A stretch of DNA of 36,067 bases from IMG/VR virus record IMGVR_UViG_3300025137_000117, positions 1 through 36,067 of that record; one strand, written 5' to 3'. The position numbers and the translations under genes are program-made. The notes below the pieces were generated by a model, which worked only from the letters and a program-made list of their open reading frames with translations, was not told where the DNA came from and made no database searches. Positions 28,166-36,067 of this stretch are shown piece by piece. Position 1 is the first letter of the stretch. Each line of letters begins with the position of its first letter. The stretch is from a virus (Duplodnaviria; Caudoviricetes).

Positions 28166-31100
28166 TTGGGCGCTGGTGATAATAACAGACAAAACGAAGG
28201 TCAGATTTCAGAGCAAGAATTGTCTGAAAGACGAGAGCGTTTTTTCATAACAGTAACTGACGAAGAGAATGGCAACCTTGTGGCTAGCAGCCATCAATTT
28301 TACCGATTTGTTAAACCCGACATTGGTCAGAATGGAGAATTTATTTATCGAAAATTTACTTCCATAGATATTTTAGGCGGAGAAAGAAGTCCAGATTTTT
28401 CATCAAGGCAAATAATATGTCAAAGGCCAATTTCTTTCTTAGACCCGATAAATAAATATTATGCAATGGGGTCTGATAAGATCTTATCTGATAAGGTTAA
28501 TTTTATTCCTTTAGAGGAAGAGCGAGGTGGGATCCACAACAGAAGACAGACGATTGAAGCTCCGACTTCGGTTAACGTTAATTTTAATATTGGCGGGTAT
28601 GAATACCTTGGCTCTCGGACAAAAATTAAAGGAATGAATAGTGGAGAAATTCAAGATATAGAGCACGCTCGCCGAGGAGAAACTAGAGTAGGATTTAACT
28701 ATGCTTTCCGAGGATTTGTATATCCTGCTAATTTTCCAAGTGGAACAAGTGGTCCCAATACTTTTAACTTCTTTAACGAGATAAATAATCTTGCCACTGC
28801 CGGTCAAGCAGAAATATTTGCAACTGTTGACGCTGCTTTAGTATATTTTCCTCGTAGTTCGTACCGAGAAAACGGTAGCCTAACAAAAACTGTTGGCGGT
28901 GATAGAAGAGCGGTGCGAGAGCCTGGGCGTAATGCTGGCACAAGATATTATTGGCAGCCAAGTCCAAGAATGAATAGCATTTTACGACTTTTACGATTTG
29001 ATGAGTATGAAGATTTTGAAGAAGAGCATCCTAACTTTCGCCTTTCAAGTATCAATGGCGCTGGACAATATTACAGTGATGTGAGAATGTATAACAATAC
29101 AGATGGACCATATCGAGGATTTGCCAACACTATACATGCTGTTCTCCTGGAAATACAATCTCGTTATGGTGATGAAAAAGCAATAGAAGCTGCACACCGT
29201 GCGCTAACCAGGCAGGAAAAAATAGTTCTCTCTACGGCGCAAGAACCAGTTGTCTATGAATTTTATGATTTTGAAACAAGTACAACGTATGTAAAAGATC
29301 CTTATACAGAGGTTTTAACACAAGCGCCAGGAACTCGTCAGGCATTTGAAGCAGGCGTTGCGCCCGGAGCTTATATTAGTGCTGAATATGTCTATGCACT
29401 TCCAGGATATGAGAATTCTATAGCTAACCGAGCTATACCAGAGGCAGCACTTCCAAATATGTATGTGTACCAATTGGCCGCTGGTTCAGACCCAATTGAG
29501 TTACGAGTTGGTGGTGGCTGGGATTCATCACCTCAGGGTGACGAAATTCGCAGAGGATATGATGGACTTGTTAGATTGGGAGAATTCATAACTGGAACAT
29601 TGCCAGCATTAAGAGAACAGCAAAGATCTGGTGCAAATAGAGGTATTTCGGATTATCTTATTCAATACGGCAGAGCTACAAGAGATGCAAATGTTATTAT
29701 TGATATGACATCTTCAATAGCAAGAAGACAATACAATCAAGTAACAGATACTACTTCGATGAATTTGTATGAGCAATTCAATGATTACAAGACAGAGTTT
29801 CCAATGTATATTGAGCTTGGAATACCTATGGTAGAGACTGGGGACTTAAACGACTTAGTTAATGAATCCCTTGGCACAACATCAATAGTTAACTCGGTCT
29901 TAAACACAGAGCCTTCCGGAACAATACCATTTAAAACAACCACATATGGAGTTAAGGCTCCACGGGGAGTTGTTCGTTTAGGGAATGAAGAATTTGATTC
30001 AACCGAGCGAGAAATAGAAGTGGTTGAAAACAGAGAGCCTAGAAAAGTATATGATTTTGAGGAATGGTTGAACTCGACTAATGCATCTTTAAGAGCCGAC
30101 GATATGGCAGAACTAAGTTTGAATGGACCTTGGGCTGAGAGAAACGGCGGTCAAGCTGCAATTTCTGCCTGGCGCAGACAAATAAATAATCTAGTCAGGA
30201 CACAATCTAGAGAAAAGATGGTTATGTATAAGGATTTTCTGGAGGGCAAAAAGAGCCTTTGTGAGTCAGAAACTTTAATGTACAAACTTGTCAAATATGC
30301 TACTTCTCCAACAAACCCGAGACAGCGAGAAGTTATACAAAATTATTTCTTTGCCAACACTGATGAGATCAATATGATCAATTTTGTGGACACACAAGTA
30401 AAGTACGGAAAATATTATCAGTATGAACTGTATGCGTATGACATTGTATACGGATCAAAATATTTATTCAGAACAAGATTTGCAAGTTTTCCAGAGTTTA
30501 GAACTCCGCTTGTGGCCTCGTCTAATGGCGATGGAGGTACTTTAGGTTTCTATTCTTTCAATGTTGATACCCAACCAAATGTTAAAATAGTTGAGTACCC
30601 AATCAATGTTTATGACTGGAGACAAAAAGTTGGACCAAGAAGAACACAACTTGGATCATATGCTGTTCCTGCTATAAATTCTAGACCCGACCTTACAGTT
30701 GGGGGTGTTTCATATCCAATTTCTAGAGTCCAGGATTACCCACCTGTTGTGCCCGAAGGTAGTATCTTATCTTTCAAGGACACAGATAATAAGGTGCTTA
30801 TAAATCTATCACCAGGCGTTGGTGAATATCTAGAACAAGATGCTTTAAAATATATTGCATTTGATGCCGAAGAAGAACAAGAACTAAGTGAGATTGCTGC
30901 TGCACAAAGAATATCTGGACTTCAGCAAGGTACGGGAAAAATTTCATACCGTGAACAAAAGGGTGCAGTTAACATGTTAATTTATCGTACAGACTCTATT
31001 AACACAGCCGTGGCAAATAATGAGGATCTTTACAAAAGTTTTTCTGGAAAACTATACAAAACTTTAGAAATTGGCGATCTAGCCTCTCCTGCTAATAAGG

Positions 31101-31540
31101 CTTTGGCTCATGACTTTATGGATAATATTGAGCCAAATAAAAAATACTATTACACATTTCGTAGCGAAAATGTTAGAAACCAAAAATCTAACCCAGGACC
31201 AATATACGAAGTCGAACTGCGTGTCCAAGATGGTTTTTATACACCAGTCATACAGGAATATATACCACAAATAACCACTGCTAAAATGCCTTCTAAGAAG
31301 ATGGTGAGGTTTTTAGAAATCAAAGGGTCAGACTTGCAGGTTTTACCATTTAATGAAGTAAGTCAGAACAGTGGATTTGTTGATTCTAGGACAGGTTTGT
31401 TCGCTGCCGAAAAAAGTCTTATACCTCAAGTTGGTAACGATGGAATTCTTGGTAATAAGTTTATTGTAAGAATTACATCCCGTGATACTGGAAGGAAAGT
31501 AAACGTAGTTATTAATTTCCAAAGCACGGAAAATAGGTAA
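28166..31540 (+). CDS. Large probable structural protein (1124 aa) with two fibronectin-III/Ig-like motifs in its C-terminal half
   Basis: TTG start with SD GAGGA at 28154-28158. FVDTQVKYGKYYQYELYAY (~30380-30440) and FMDNIEPNKKYYYTFRSEN...SNP (~31113-31195) match the FN3 terminal-strand pattern. Confidence 0.65.
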   Translation: MGAGDNNRQNEGQISEQELSERRERFFITVTDEENGNLVASSHQFYRFVKPDIGQNGEFIYRKFTSIDILGGERSPDFSSRQIICQRPISFLDPINKYYAMGSDKILSDKVNFIPLEEERGGIHNRRQTIEAPTSVNVNFNIGGYEYLGSRTKIKGMNSGEIQDIEHARRGETRVGFNYAFRGFVYPANFPSGTSGPNTFNFFNEINNLATAGQAEIFATVDAALVYFPRSSYRENGSLTKTVGGDRRAVREPGRNAGTRYYWQPSPRMNSILRLLRFDEYEDFEEEHPNFRLSSINGAGQYYSDVRMYNNTDGPYRGFANTIHAVLLEIQSRYGDEKAIEAAHRALTRQEKIVLSTAQEPVVYEFYDFETSTTYVKDPYTEVLTQAPGTRQAFEAGVAPGAYISAEYVYALPGYENSIANRAIPEAALPNMYVYQLAAGSDPIELRVGGGWDSSPQGDEIRRGYDGLVRLGEFITGTLPALREQQRSGANRGISDYLIQYGRATRDANVIIDMTSSIARRQYNQVTDTTSMNLYEQFNDYKTEFPMYIELGIPMVETGDLNDLVNESLGTTSIVNSVLNTEPSGTIPFKTTTYGVKAPRGVVRLGNEEFDSTEREIEVVENREPRKVYDFEEWLNSTNASLRADDMAELSLNGPWAERNGGQAAISAWRRQINNLVRTQSREKMVMYKDFLEGKKSLCESETLMYKLVKYATSPTNPRQREVIQNYFFANTDEINMINFVDTQVKYGKYYQYELYAYDIVYGSKYLFRTRFASFPEFRTPLVASSNGDGGTLGFYSFNVDTQPNVKIVEYPINVYDWRQKVGPRRTQLGSYAVPAINSRPDLTVGGVSYPISRVQDYPPVVPEGSILSFKDTDNKVLINLSPGVGEYLEQDALKYIAFDAEEEQELSEIAAAQRISGLQQGTGKISYREQKGAVNMLIYRTDSINTAVANNEDLYKSFSGKLYKTLEIGDLASPANKALAHDFMDNIEPNKKYYYTFRSENVRNQKSNPGPIYEVELRVQDGFYTPVIQEYIPQITTAKMPSKKMVRFLEIKGSDLQVLPFNEVSQNSGFVDSRTGLFAAEKSLIPQVGNDGILGNKFIVRITSRDTGRKVNVVINFQSTENR

Positions 31541-31623
31541 AACGAATAAAAAGATAATTTTGAGACTACTTATTAAGAACTAAAAAGTTTGTTAACATTG
31601 GTTGCTATAAAGAGGGAGACCAC

Positions 31624-32664
31624 ATGGCATTTCTAGACAACAGTGGTGATATCATCTTAGATGCGGTTTTGACTGATACTGGGAGAAAAAGATTGGCAGC
31701 CGGTGACGGGAGTTTCCGGATTGCTAAATTTGCGTTCGGCGACGACGAGATTGACTATTCTTTATTTAGAAATAGCAACTCTGCCGAAGGCGCACATCCT
31801 AGCGGTTCTGCTTACTATGATGTGAACATCCTACAGAGCCCAGTTCTTGAGGCTTTCACTAATAACACTTCTATATTAAATCATAAGCTTGTATCATACG
31901 TTCGAGATGATTTGTTATATTTGCCAGTTATCAAAAATAACGACACTGTATCTCAAACCGTTGAGAAGAACACAACAGCCTTTACCGACATTCCAGTGGG
32001 TGGCTATCTTGTAACAGCGGACTATACAACCTCTGATCCAAATACATTTGCTGCATCTACTGCAACCTCGCCTTTTAGAACATTCATAGGTGTTATTCGT
32101 GGCAATAGATCTTTTGCAACAGCAGGTCAGTTCGTTTGCCTTGATCAAGGAATTGACAACACTGACCTTTCGGTTCAAAAATTGGACAATGCTGATCCGC
32201 TTAGAGAAACTCAGTACTTAGTAGAAATGGACAATCGTCTTGTTCAGATATTGTCTATGGATGGACAAACTGTTGCTCGTCCTTCGTTCGTGGACGATGA
32301 TAATATTGCTAGCTATTATTTCTCTCTAAATTCTAATGCTCAATATTTTGCTGCTCCTGATGGCGCAGCCCCAGGCGTTGCTGAGTTTAATAGATCAACA
32401 AACGAAGATTCTCCTGCCGACACATTTTCGGTCATAGGAGACACAAACGGTGGTCGTTACGGAACACGATTTGCTTTCAGACTATTAGCAGCAGAGAATA
32501 TCGCAACAAGCAATGTCTTGTTTGACAAACTTGGTAACACAACAGCAGCCAACTATGTTAATAGCGGTAACGTTTTTAAATACATCGATTCAACAATCAG
32601 AATAACAGGCTTCACTACAGGGTATCGTGTTGATATACCTGTTCGGTTTGTGAAGAAATCATAA
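31624..32664 (+). CDS. Probable baseplate/fibre-attachment structural protein
   Basis: SD GGGAG at 31614-31618. The N-terminal LTDTGRKRLAAG...IAKFAFGD resembles the start of myovirus tail-fibre attachment domains (DUF3751-type LTxxG...lthmavGDG). Ser/Thr/Asn-rich. Confidence 0.7.
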   Translation: MAFLDNSGDIILDAVLTDTGRKRLAAGDGSFRIAKFAFGDDEIDYSLFRNSNSAEGAHPSGSAYYDVNILQSPVLEAFTNNTSILNHKLVSYVRDDLLYLPVIKNNDTVSQTVEKNTTAFTDIPVGGYLVTADYTTSDPNTFAASTATSPFRTFIGVIRGNRSFATAGQFVCLDQGIDNTDLSVQKLDNADPLRETQYLVEMDNRLVQILSMDGQTVARPSFVDDDNIASYYFSLNSNAQYFAAPDGAAPGVAEFNRSTNEDSPADTFSVIGDTNGGRYGTRFAFRLLAAENIATSNVLFDKLGNTTAANYVNSGNVFKYIDSTIRITGFTTGYRVDIPVRFVKKS

Positions 32665-32676
32665 TAGGGTTAAATA

Positions 32677-33825
32677 ATGGCTACATCGTTTAAGACACTT
32701 CAATCTTCAGACATCCAACAAGCGAGAACTAAGCTCCATGAAGCTATTCCACTTACAGGAACAATTGTCTCGGGAACTTATCTCCTAGCTAATCAGTCAA
32801 CTAATGTTAAGAATTATACACACGGGATGTTCCAAAGTGTTTATGACTATCCTTACTTGAGTTCTTCAGCTAATCATATTTTTGACATAACTGTTGGAGT
32901 TAGTGCTGACTCTGCGCTTTCAAATTCTATAATGCAGCAGGGCAAGCAAAAGATTCAACTCTATAATCAGATGGCACAAATTTTGGTCGGACACGATGCT
33001 ACTGGTAGCATCAGACCTTTTGACGCTGATGGCGATTTGAGTTCTGGGGCCAAGTTTAAAGATGCAGTCTTCTTTAATTTCTCAAGACTTTTAGTCAAAG
33101 ATGAAGTTCAAAAGGGTACGTTTAGAATGAACTTTAGCGTGGACCCAACAGGTACATACGCCCAACAGGCTCAAACAAACCGAGTCCTCGTCATCGAGGA
33201 TCAGAGTGGTTCTACCTCGTTTAAGACAAATTCACCTGCTGGTGAATATGGTATCTTGTTTGTTACCTCATCTCAGAGTGGTACACTTAATACACCATTA
33301 GCACTGAACTCTGGACATCCTTGTGGGCTTATATATTACCAAGCTGGTATTGCCGTGCTCACCTCTTCACTATTCAAAACAGTGGCAAGTGGTGGGCTTT
33401 TAGGAAGAGACTTGTACGGTTGGGGCGGTAACTTAGCTCCTAATACTGGTGGCAAAGTGACGATGAATAGTGCATCAAATCTTGGTGTTGATGAAATGCT
33501 TAACAGTTCTTCGATAAGCGGTGCCGCTGATGATCTCAGAAATAGATTGCAGGATATATATTTTGCAAACACCACAGAACTTAATTCAACAATTTACTTC
33601 TGTAGAGGCAATGCTGGAGAATTTAATTACTCAAGTAACCCGACCTATTTATCTAAAAGTCAAATTAGGGTCAAGGAAACTAGAGAGGATTCTCCTGCAT
33701 CATACATAACTACTGTCGGTCTTTATGGTGCCAACAATGAACTGCTGGCAGTTGCAAAACTCAGCGAACCATTGAAAAAGACTCCATCAAACGAGTTTAC
33801 GCTACGAGTTAGATTAGACTACTAG
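32677..33825 (+). CDS. Probable baseplate structural protein, paralog A
   Basis: Ends with FCRGNAGEFNYSSNPTY...YITTVGLYGANNELLAVAKLSEPLKKTPSNEFTLRVRLDY. Clear paralog of the next gene. Confidence 0.72.
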   Translation: MATSFKTLQSSDIQQARTKLHEAIPLTGTIVSGTYLLANQSTNVKNYTHGMFQSVYDYPYLSSSANHIFDITVGVSADSALSNSIMQQGKQKIQLYNQMAQILVGHDATGSIRPFDADGDLSSGAKFKDAVFFNFSRLLVKDEVQKGTFRMNFSVDPTGTYAQQAQTNRVLVIEDQSGSTSFKTNSPAGEYGILFVTSSQSGTLNTPLALNSGHPCGLIYYQAGIAVLTSSLFKTVASGGLLGRDLYGWGGNLAPNTGGKVTMNSASNLGVDEMLNSSSISGAADDLRNRLQDIYFANTTELNSTIYFCRGNAGEFNYSSNPTYLSKSQIRVKETREDSPASYITTVGLYGANNELLAVAKLSEPLKKTPSNEFTLRVRLDY

Positions 33826-33837
33826 CGGAGGTGGAAA

Positions 33838-35211
33838 ATGCCCTTCCTCCACGAGTTTGGTCCAGACGACATATTTCAAAATAACCTAGAGACTAGTCCG
33901 GGTAAAAAGTTTACCGCCTACAGTGGTTCTCTCTATGTTGATGAATCTAGGTATAAAGGTATCAATGTTGGCACTGGTTCCATTAGCTTGTATGAGCTAA
34001 ACACAAATCGTGCTGCTACACTAGACGATACAAATAGTATTCATGCATTCGTCATAAAAGATGGATCAAATATGTCTTTTAAGAGCATATCAACATCCTC
34101 ATATAATCAAGACGACTACGGAACAAAATTAACCGGCGCATATCCGCTTACCTCCAGTATAGCTAGAAATTATATTTATGGCGGACGGACTTATCCGTTT
34201 GCCTATACCATTGGTGTTGAATCTGTTAATCGTGTTAATCAGAACACAACAGATCTTTACTTTAGCCAAAGCAAGCAATTGCTATCGCTAAGATCAACAA
34301 TGGAAAAATATAAGAGGTATAGTCCTGCGTTTACCTTTTCGGGTAGTAAAACAATAGATCCATCTCTGCCACCTTATTTAACCGGAGCAGTAAACCTTAT
34401 AAGTATACCATCTATATTTTATGGATCTTCCTTAGAAAAAGGTACAGTCAATTTGTCTTTTTATTATACAGGAACTTTAATGGATCAGTGCCGAGATGAA
34501 AGACGTAATGGAGAGCTTATATCATACGGCACGAATTCATCAGTTAGCGGGACCACAGTTGGCGTTGTACTGTATGATGAAGGATTCATTATGCTATACA
34601 ACGAAGAGAATATAAGTGCAGACGCTTTAGTAAAGGATTCATATTCAGGAACAGGTTCAATCGATACCGGCGGAGCCGGATCTTGGGATGGAACCGGAGT
34701 TCAATTTAGACCGAACTGGACTTACTTCTGGTCCTATAACACAGGATCATCGGGTAGTTCAGGCATCGCTGCTGGTGCTGGCATTGATCATGCGCCCGGC
34801 GGGGCAACTAGAACAGATGGTGCTAACGCACTTTTTCCAAGTGCGAGTAATTTTACATTAGAATTTAATGGAAAAAATGTTGTGCCAACGATAACAATGT
34901 TTGCGAATGCTCCTGCTGGACAATTAAATAATTCTCAAAACCCAACTTGGCTTTCGTCCTCCCACTCTAGTTGGAAAGAACAAATACACTTTGATAGTAG
35001 TTCTTACATTGAACCAAAAGAAGTGCCGATTAAAAATACAACAGAATCAGATTTTTCAAACGATACTGCCGATTTTGAAAAGCAGACGTTCATAAGCAAA
35101 ATAGCAATTTACGATGATGATAAAAATCTATTGGGGATTGCTAAATTAGCCACCCCAGTATTGAAGAAAGAAACAGATTCTTATACATTTAAACTAAAGC
35201 TTGACTTCTGA
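33838..35211 (+). CDS. Probable baseplate structural protein, paralog B
   Basis: SD GGAGGT just upstream. Ends with FANAPAGQLNNSQNPTW...FISKIAIYDDDKNLLGIAKLATPVLKKETDSYTFKLKLDF. Confidence 0.72.
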   Translation: MPFLHEFGPDDIFQNNLETSPGKKFTAYSGSLYVDESRYKGINVGTGSISLYELNTNRAATLDDTNSIHAFVIKDGSNMSFKSISTSSYNQDDYGTKLTGAYPLTSSIARNYIYGGRTYPFAYTIGVESVNRVNQNTTDLYFSQSKQLLSLRSTMEKYKRYSPAFTFSGSKTIDPSLPPYLTGAVNLISIPSIFYGSSLEKGTVNLSFYYTGTLMDQCRDERRNGELISYGTNSSVSGTTVGVVLYDEGFIMLYNEENISADALVKDSYSGTGSIDTGGAGSWDGTGVQFRPNWTYFWSYNTGSSGSSGIAAGAGIDHAPGGATRTDGANALFPSASNFTLEFNGKNVVPTITMFANAPAGQLNNSQNPTWLSSSHSSWKEQIHFDSSSYIEPKEVPIKNTTESDFSNDTADFEKQTFISKIAIYDDDKNLLGIAKLATPVLKKETDSYTFKLKLDF

Positions 35212-35217
35212 TATAAT
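35209..35217 (+). promoter_or_regulatory. Extended -10 sigma70-type promoter (TGnTATAAT) for the RuvC-like gene
   Basis: TGATATAAT is a perfect extended -10 and overlaps the upstream stop codon. The ATG lies 7 nt after the end of the hexamer, with no SD. Confidence 0.6.
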
Positions 35218-35223
35218 CCTTGT

Positions 35224-35796
35224 ATGATACTTGGACTAGATATTTCTACCACTATGGTTGGTGTTGCAGTTATTGATGACGGCAATCTCGTGAAGTCAGA
35301 AGCTTGGGACATTTCAAAATATGGAACCCTTTTTGAAAAAGCAGAGTATATTGGTGCAGAACTTCATGGGTTAAGATCTGAGTACAATATACAGAACATA
35401 TTTATTGAAACAGCCCTAAAGAAGTTCTTGCCAGGAAAGTCCCGTGCTGACACTATATTGAAACTTGCAAAGTTTAACGGTATTGTTTCTTGGATTTGTT
35501 TTGAAAGTTATGATCTTGAGCCGACTTATATTAATGTAAACACAGCCAGAGGATTATATGGTTTATCCTTTCCCCGTGGAACAAAGGGTCCTAAAAGAAA
35601 GAAAATGGTTATTGAAGCGGTAATAGAAAGAGAAAAAACTTCTTTTAGCTATGAGATGGCTCGTGGCGGTAGAAATTTTAAAAAGGGTACTGACGACAAG
35701 GCAGATGCAGTAGTAATTGCTAGAGCAGGTGAATTCATTCTAAAGAACCAAAACAATAAAGGCTTCTTGACTGAAAAGATAATATTAACAGAATAA
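35224..35796 (+). CDS. ruvC: RuvC-like Holliday junction resolvase (RNase H fold)
   Basis: MILGLDISTTMVGVAV (first catalytic Asp), NIFIE (catalytic Glu), LAKFNGIV helix, and DDKADAVVIA (terminal DxxD). 190 aa. Confidence 0.85.
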   Translation: MILGLDISTTMVGVAVIDDGNLVKSEAWDISKYGTLFEKAEYIGAELHGLRSEYNIQNIFIETALKKFLPGKSRADTILKLAKFNGIVSWICFESYDLEPTYINVNTARGLYGLSFPRGTKGPKRKKMVIEAVIEREKTSFSYEMARGGRNFKKGTDDKADAVVIARAGEFILKNQNNKGFLTEKIILTE

Positions 35797-35800
35797 ACAC

Positions 35801-35828
35801 TTGACCCCCAGCGAGCATATGGTATTAT
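35801..35828 (+). promoter_or_regulatory. Sigma70-type promoter (early/middle-like)
   Basis: TTGACC at 35801-35806, 16-nt spacer, TATTAT at 35823-35828 preceded by TG (extended -10). An alternative TATACT is at 35826-35831. SD GGAGGT at 35839-35844 follows. Confidence 0.65.
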
Positions 35829-35850
35829 ACTTATGGAGGGAGGTGTCCCC

Positions 35851-36067
35851 ATGAGATACCAAGTGTTTAGTGATATGGATGGTGTCCTCGTCAATTTCGA
35901 GGGTGGCGTTCTAAAATTTATGAACCAACGTTTTCAGGAACTAAAAGATCAACCAGATCATCCTGATTACAAACTTGCCCGTTCGGCTGCCAAAGAACTC
36001 GGCGGCTGGGACGTCGAGATTAACAAGTGGCACATTGCTCGATCTGATCAAGAAAAAAGCTTAGCCC
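35851..36067 (+). CDS. HAD-superfamily phosphatase, probable 5'(3')-deoxyribonucleotidase-like; 3'-truncated and missing from the ORF track
   Basis: My translation: MRYQVFSDMDGVLVNFEGGVLKFMNQRFQELKDQPDHPDYKLARSAAKELGGWDVEINKWHIARSDQEKSLA. It has HAD motif I (DMDGVL), a strong SD and a promoter, and is open to the window end. Confidence 0.8.
   Translation, partial: MRYQVFSDMDGVLVNFEGGVLKFMNQRFQELKDQPDHPDYKLARSAAKELGGWDVEINKWHIARSDQEKSLA

Noticed and set aside
35224-35796. TnpB/Cas12 or transposase RuvC domain
   Set aside because: A compact 190-aa stand-alone protein with no zinc finger, flanking repeats or CRISPR array; it fits a phage resolvase.
617-35894. Many short minus-strand and nested plus-strand ORFs in the track
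   Set aside because: All lie within or across long plus-strand genes and show no recognisable motifs; they are most likely shadow ORFs.
2-36067. Stop-codon reassignment (code 15 or 4), as found in some large phages
   Set aside because: Very long ORFs are intact under code 11, and TAG (8959, 33825) and TGA (217, 12684, 23591, 24613, 35211) stops are followed closely by new starts with SDs or overlaps.
31624-36067. Five consecutive genes in one frame with three 12-nt spacers, suggesting a readthrough polyprotein
   Set aside because: The first spacer holds extra stops (TAA TAG GGT TAA), the second has its own SD and the third a promoter. The paralogs end at homologous LDY/LDF termini. Probably coincidence.
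1-36067. tRNA, rRNA, CRISPR array or rho-independent terminators
   Set aside because: Intergenic gaps are under 90 nt and show no cloverleaf, repeat-spacer pattern or GC hairpin with a U-tract.

Overview
This window is a densely packed, all plus-strand, AT-rich gene run that looks like the baseplate and distal-tail module of a large, probably jumbo-class, contractile-tailed (myovirus-like) bacteriophage. It uses the standard genetic code: TAA, TAG and TGA all end genes. Gene order: (1) a partial small helical protein; (2) a protein with a C-terminal M15-family (L-Ala-D-Glu type) peptidoglycan peptidase; (3) a probable central spike with an HxH tip motif; (4) a 2099-aa LysM protein; (5) gp25-like and gp6/baseplate-J-like wedge proteins; (6) a 496-aa structural protein; (7) a 3636-aa protein with two LamG-like domains and a gp7/gpI-like motif; (8) six more probable structural genes, including two paralogous pairs that resemble the two halves of the tail-fibre attachment domain. 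At about 35.2 kb, sigma70-type promoters mark a switch to DNA-metabolism genes: a RuvC-like resolvase, apparently leaderless, and a HAD-family nucleotidase cut off by the window end. No sheath, tube, tape-measure or capsid gene, and no RNA gene, CRISPR array or mobile element, was recognised. All family calls come from reading motifs by eye; no database search was run.
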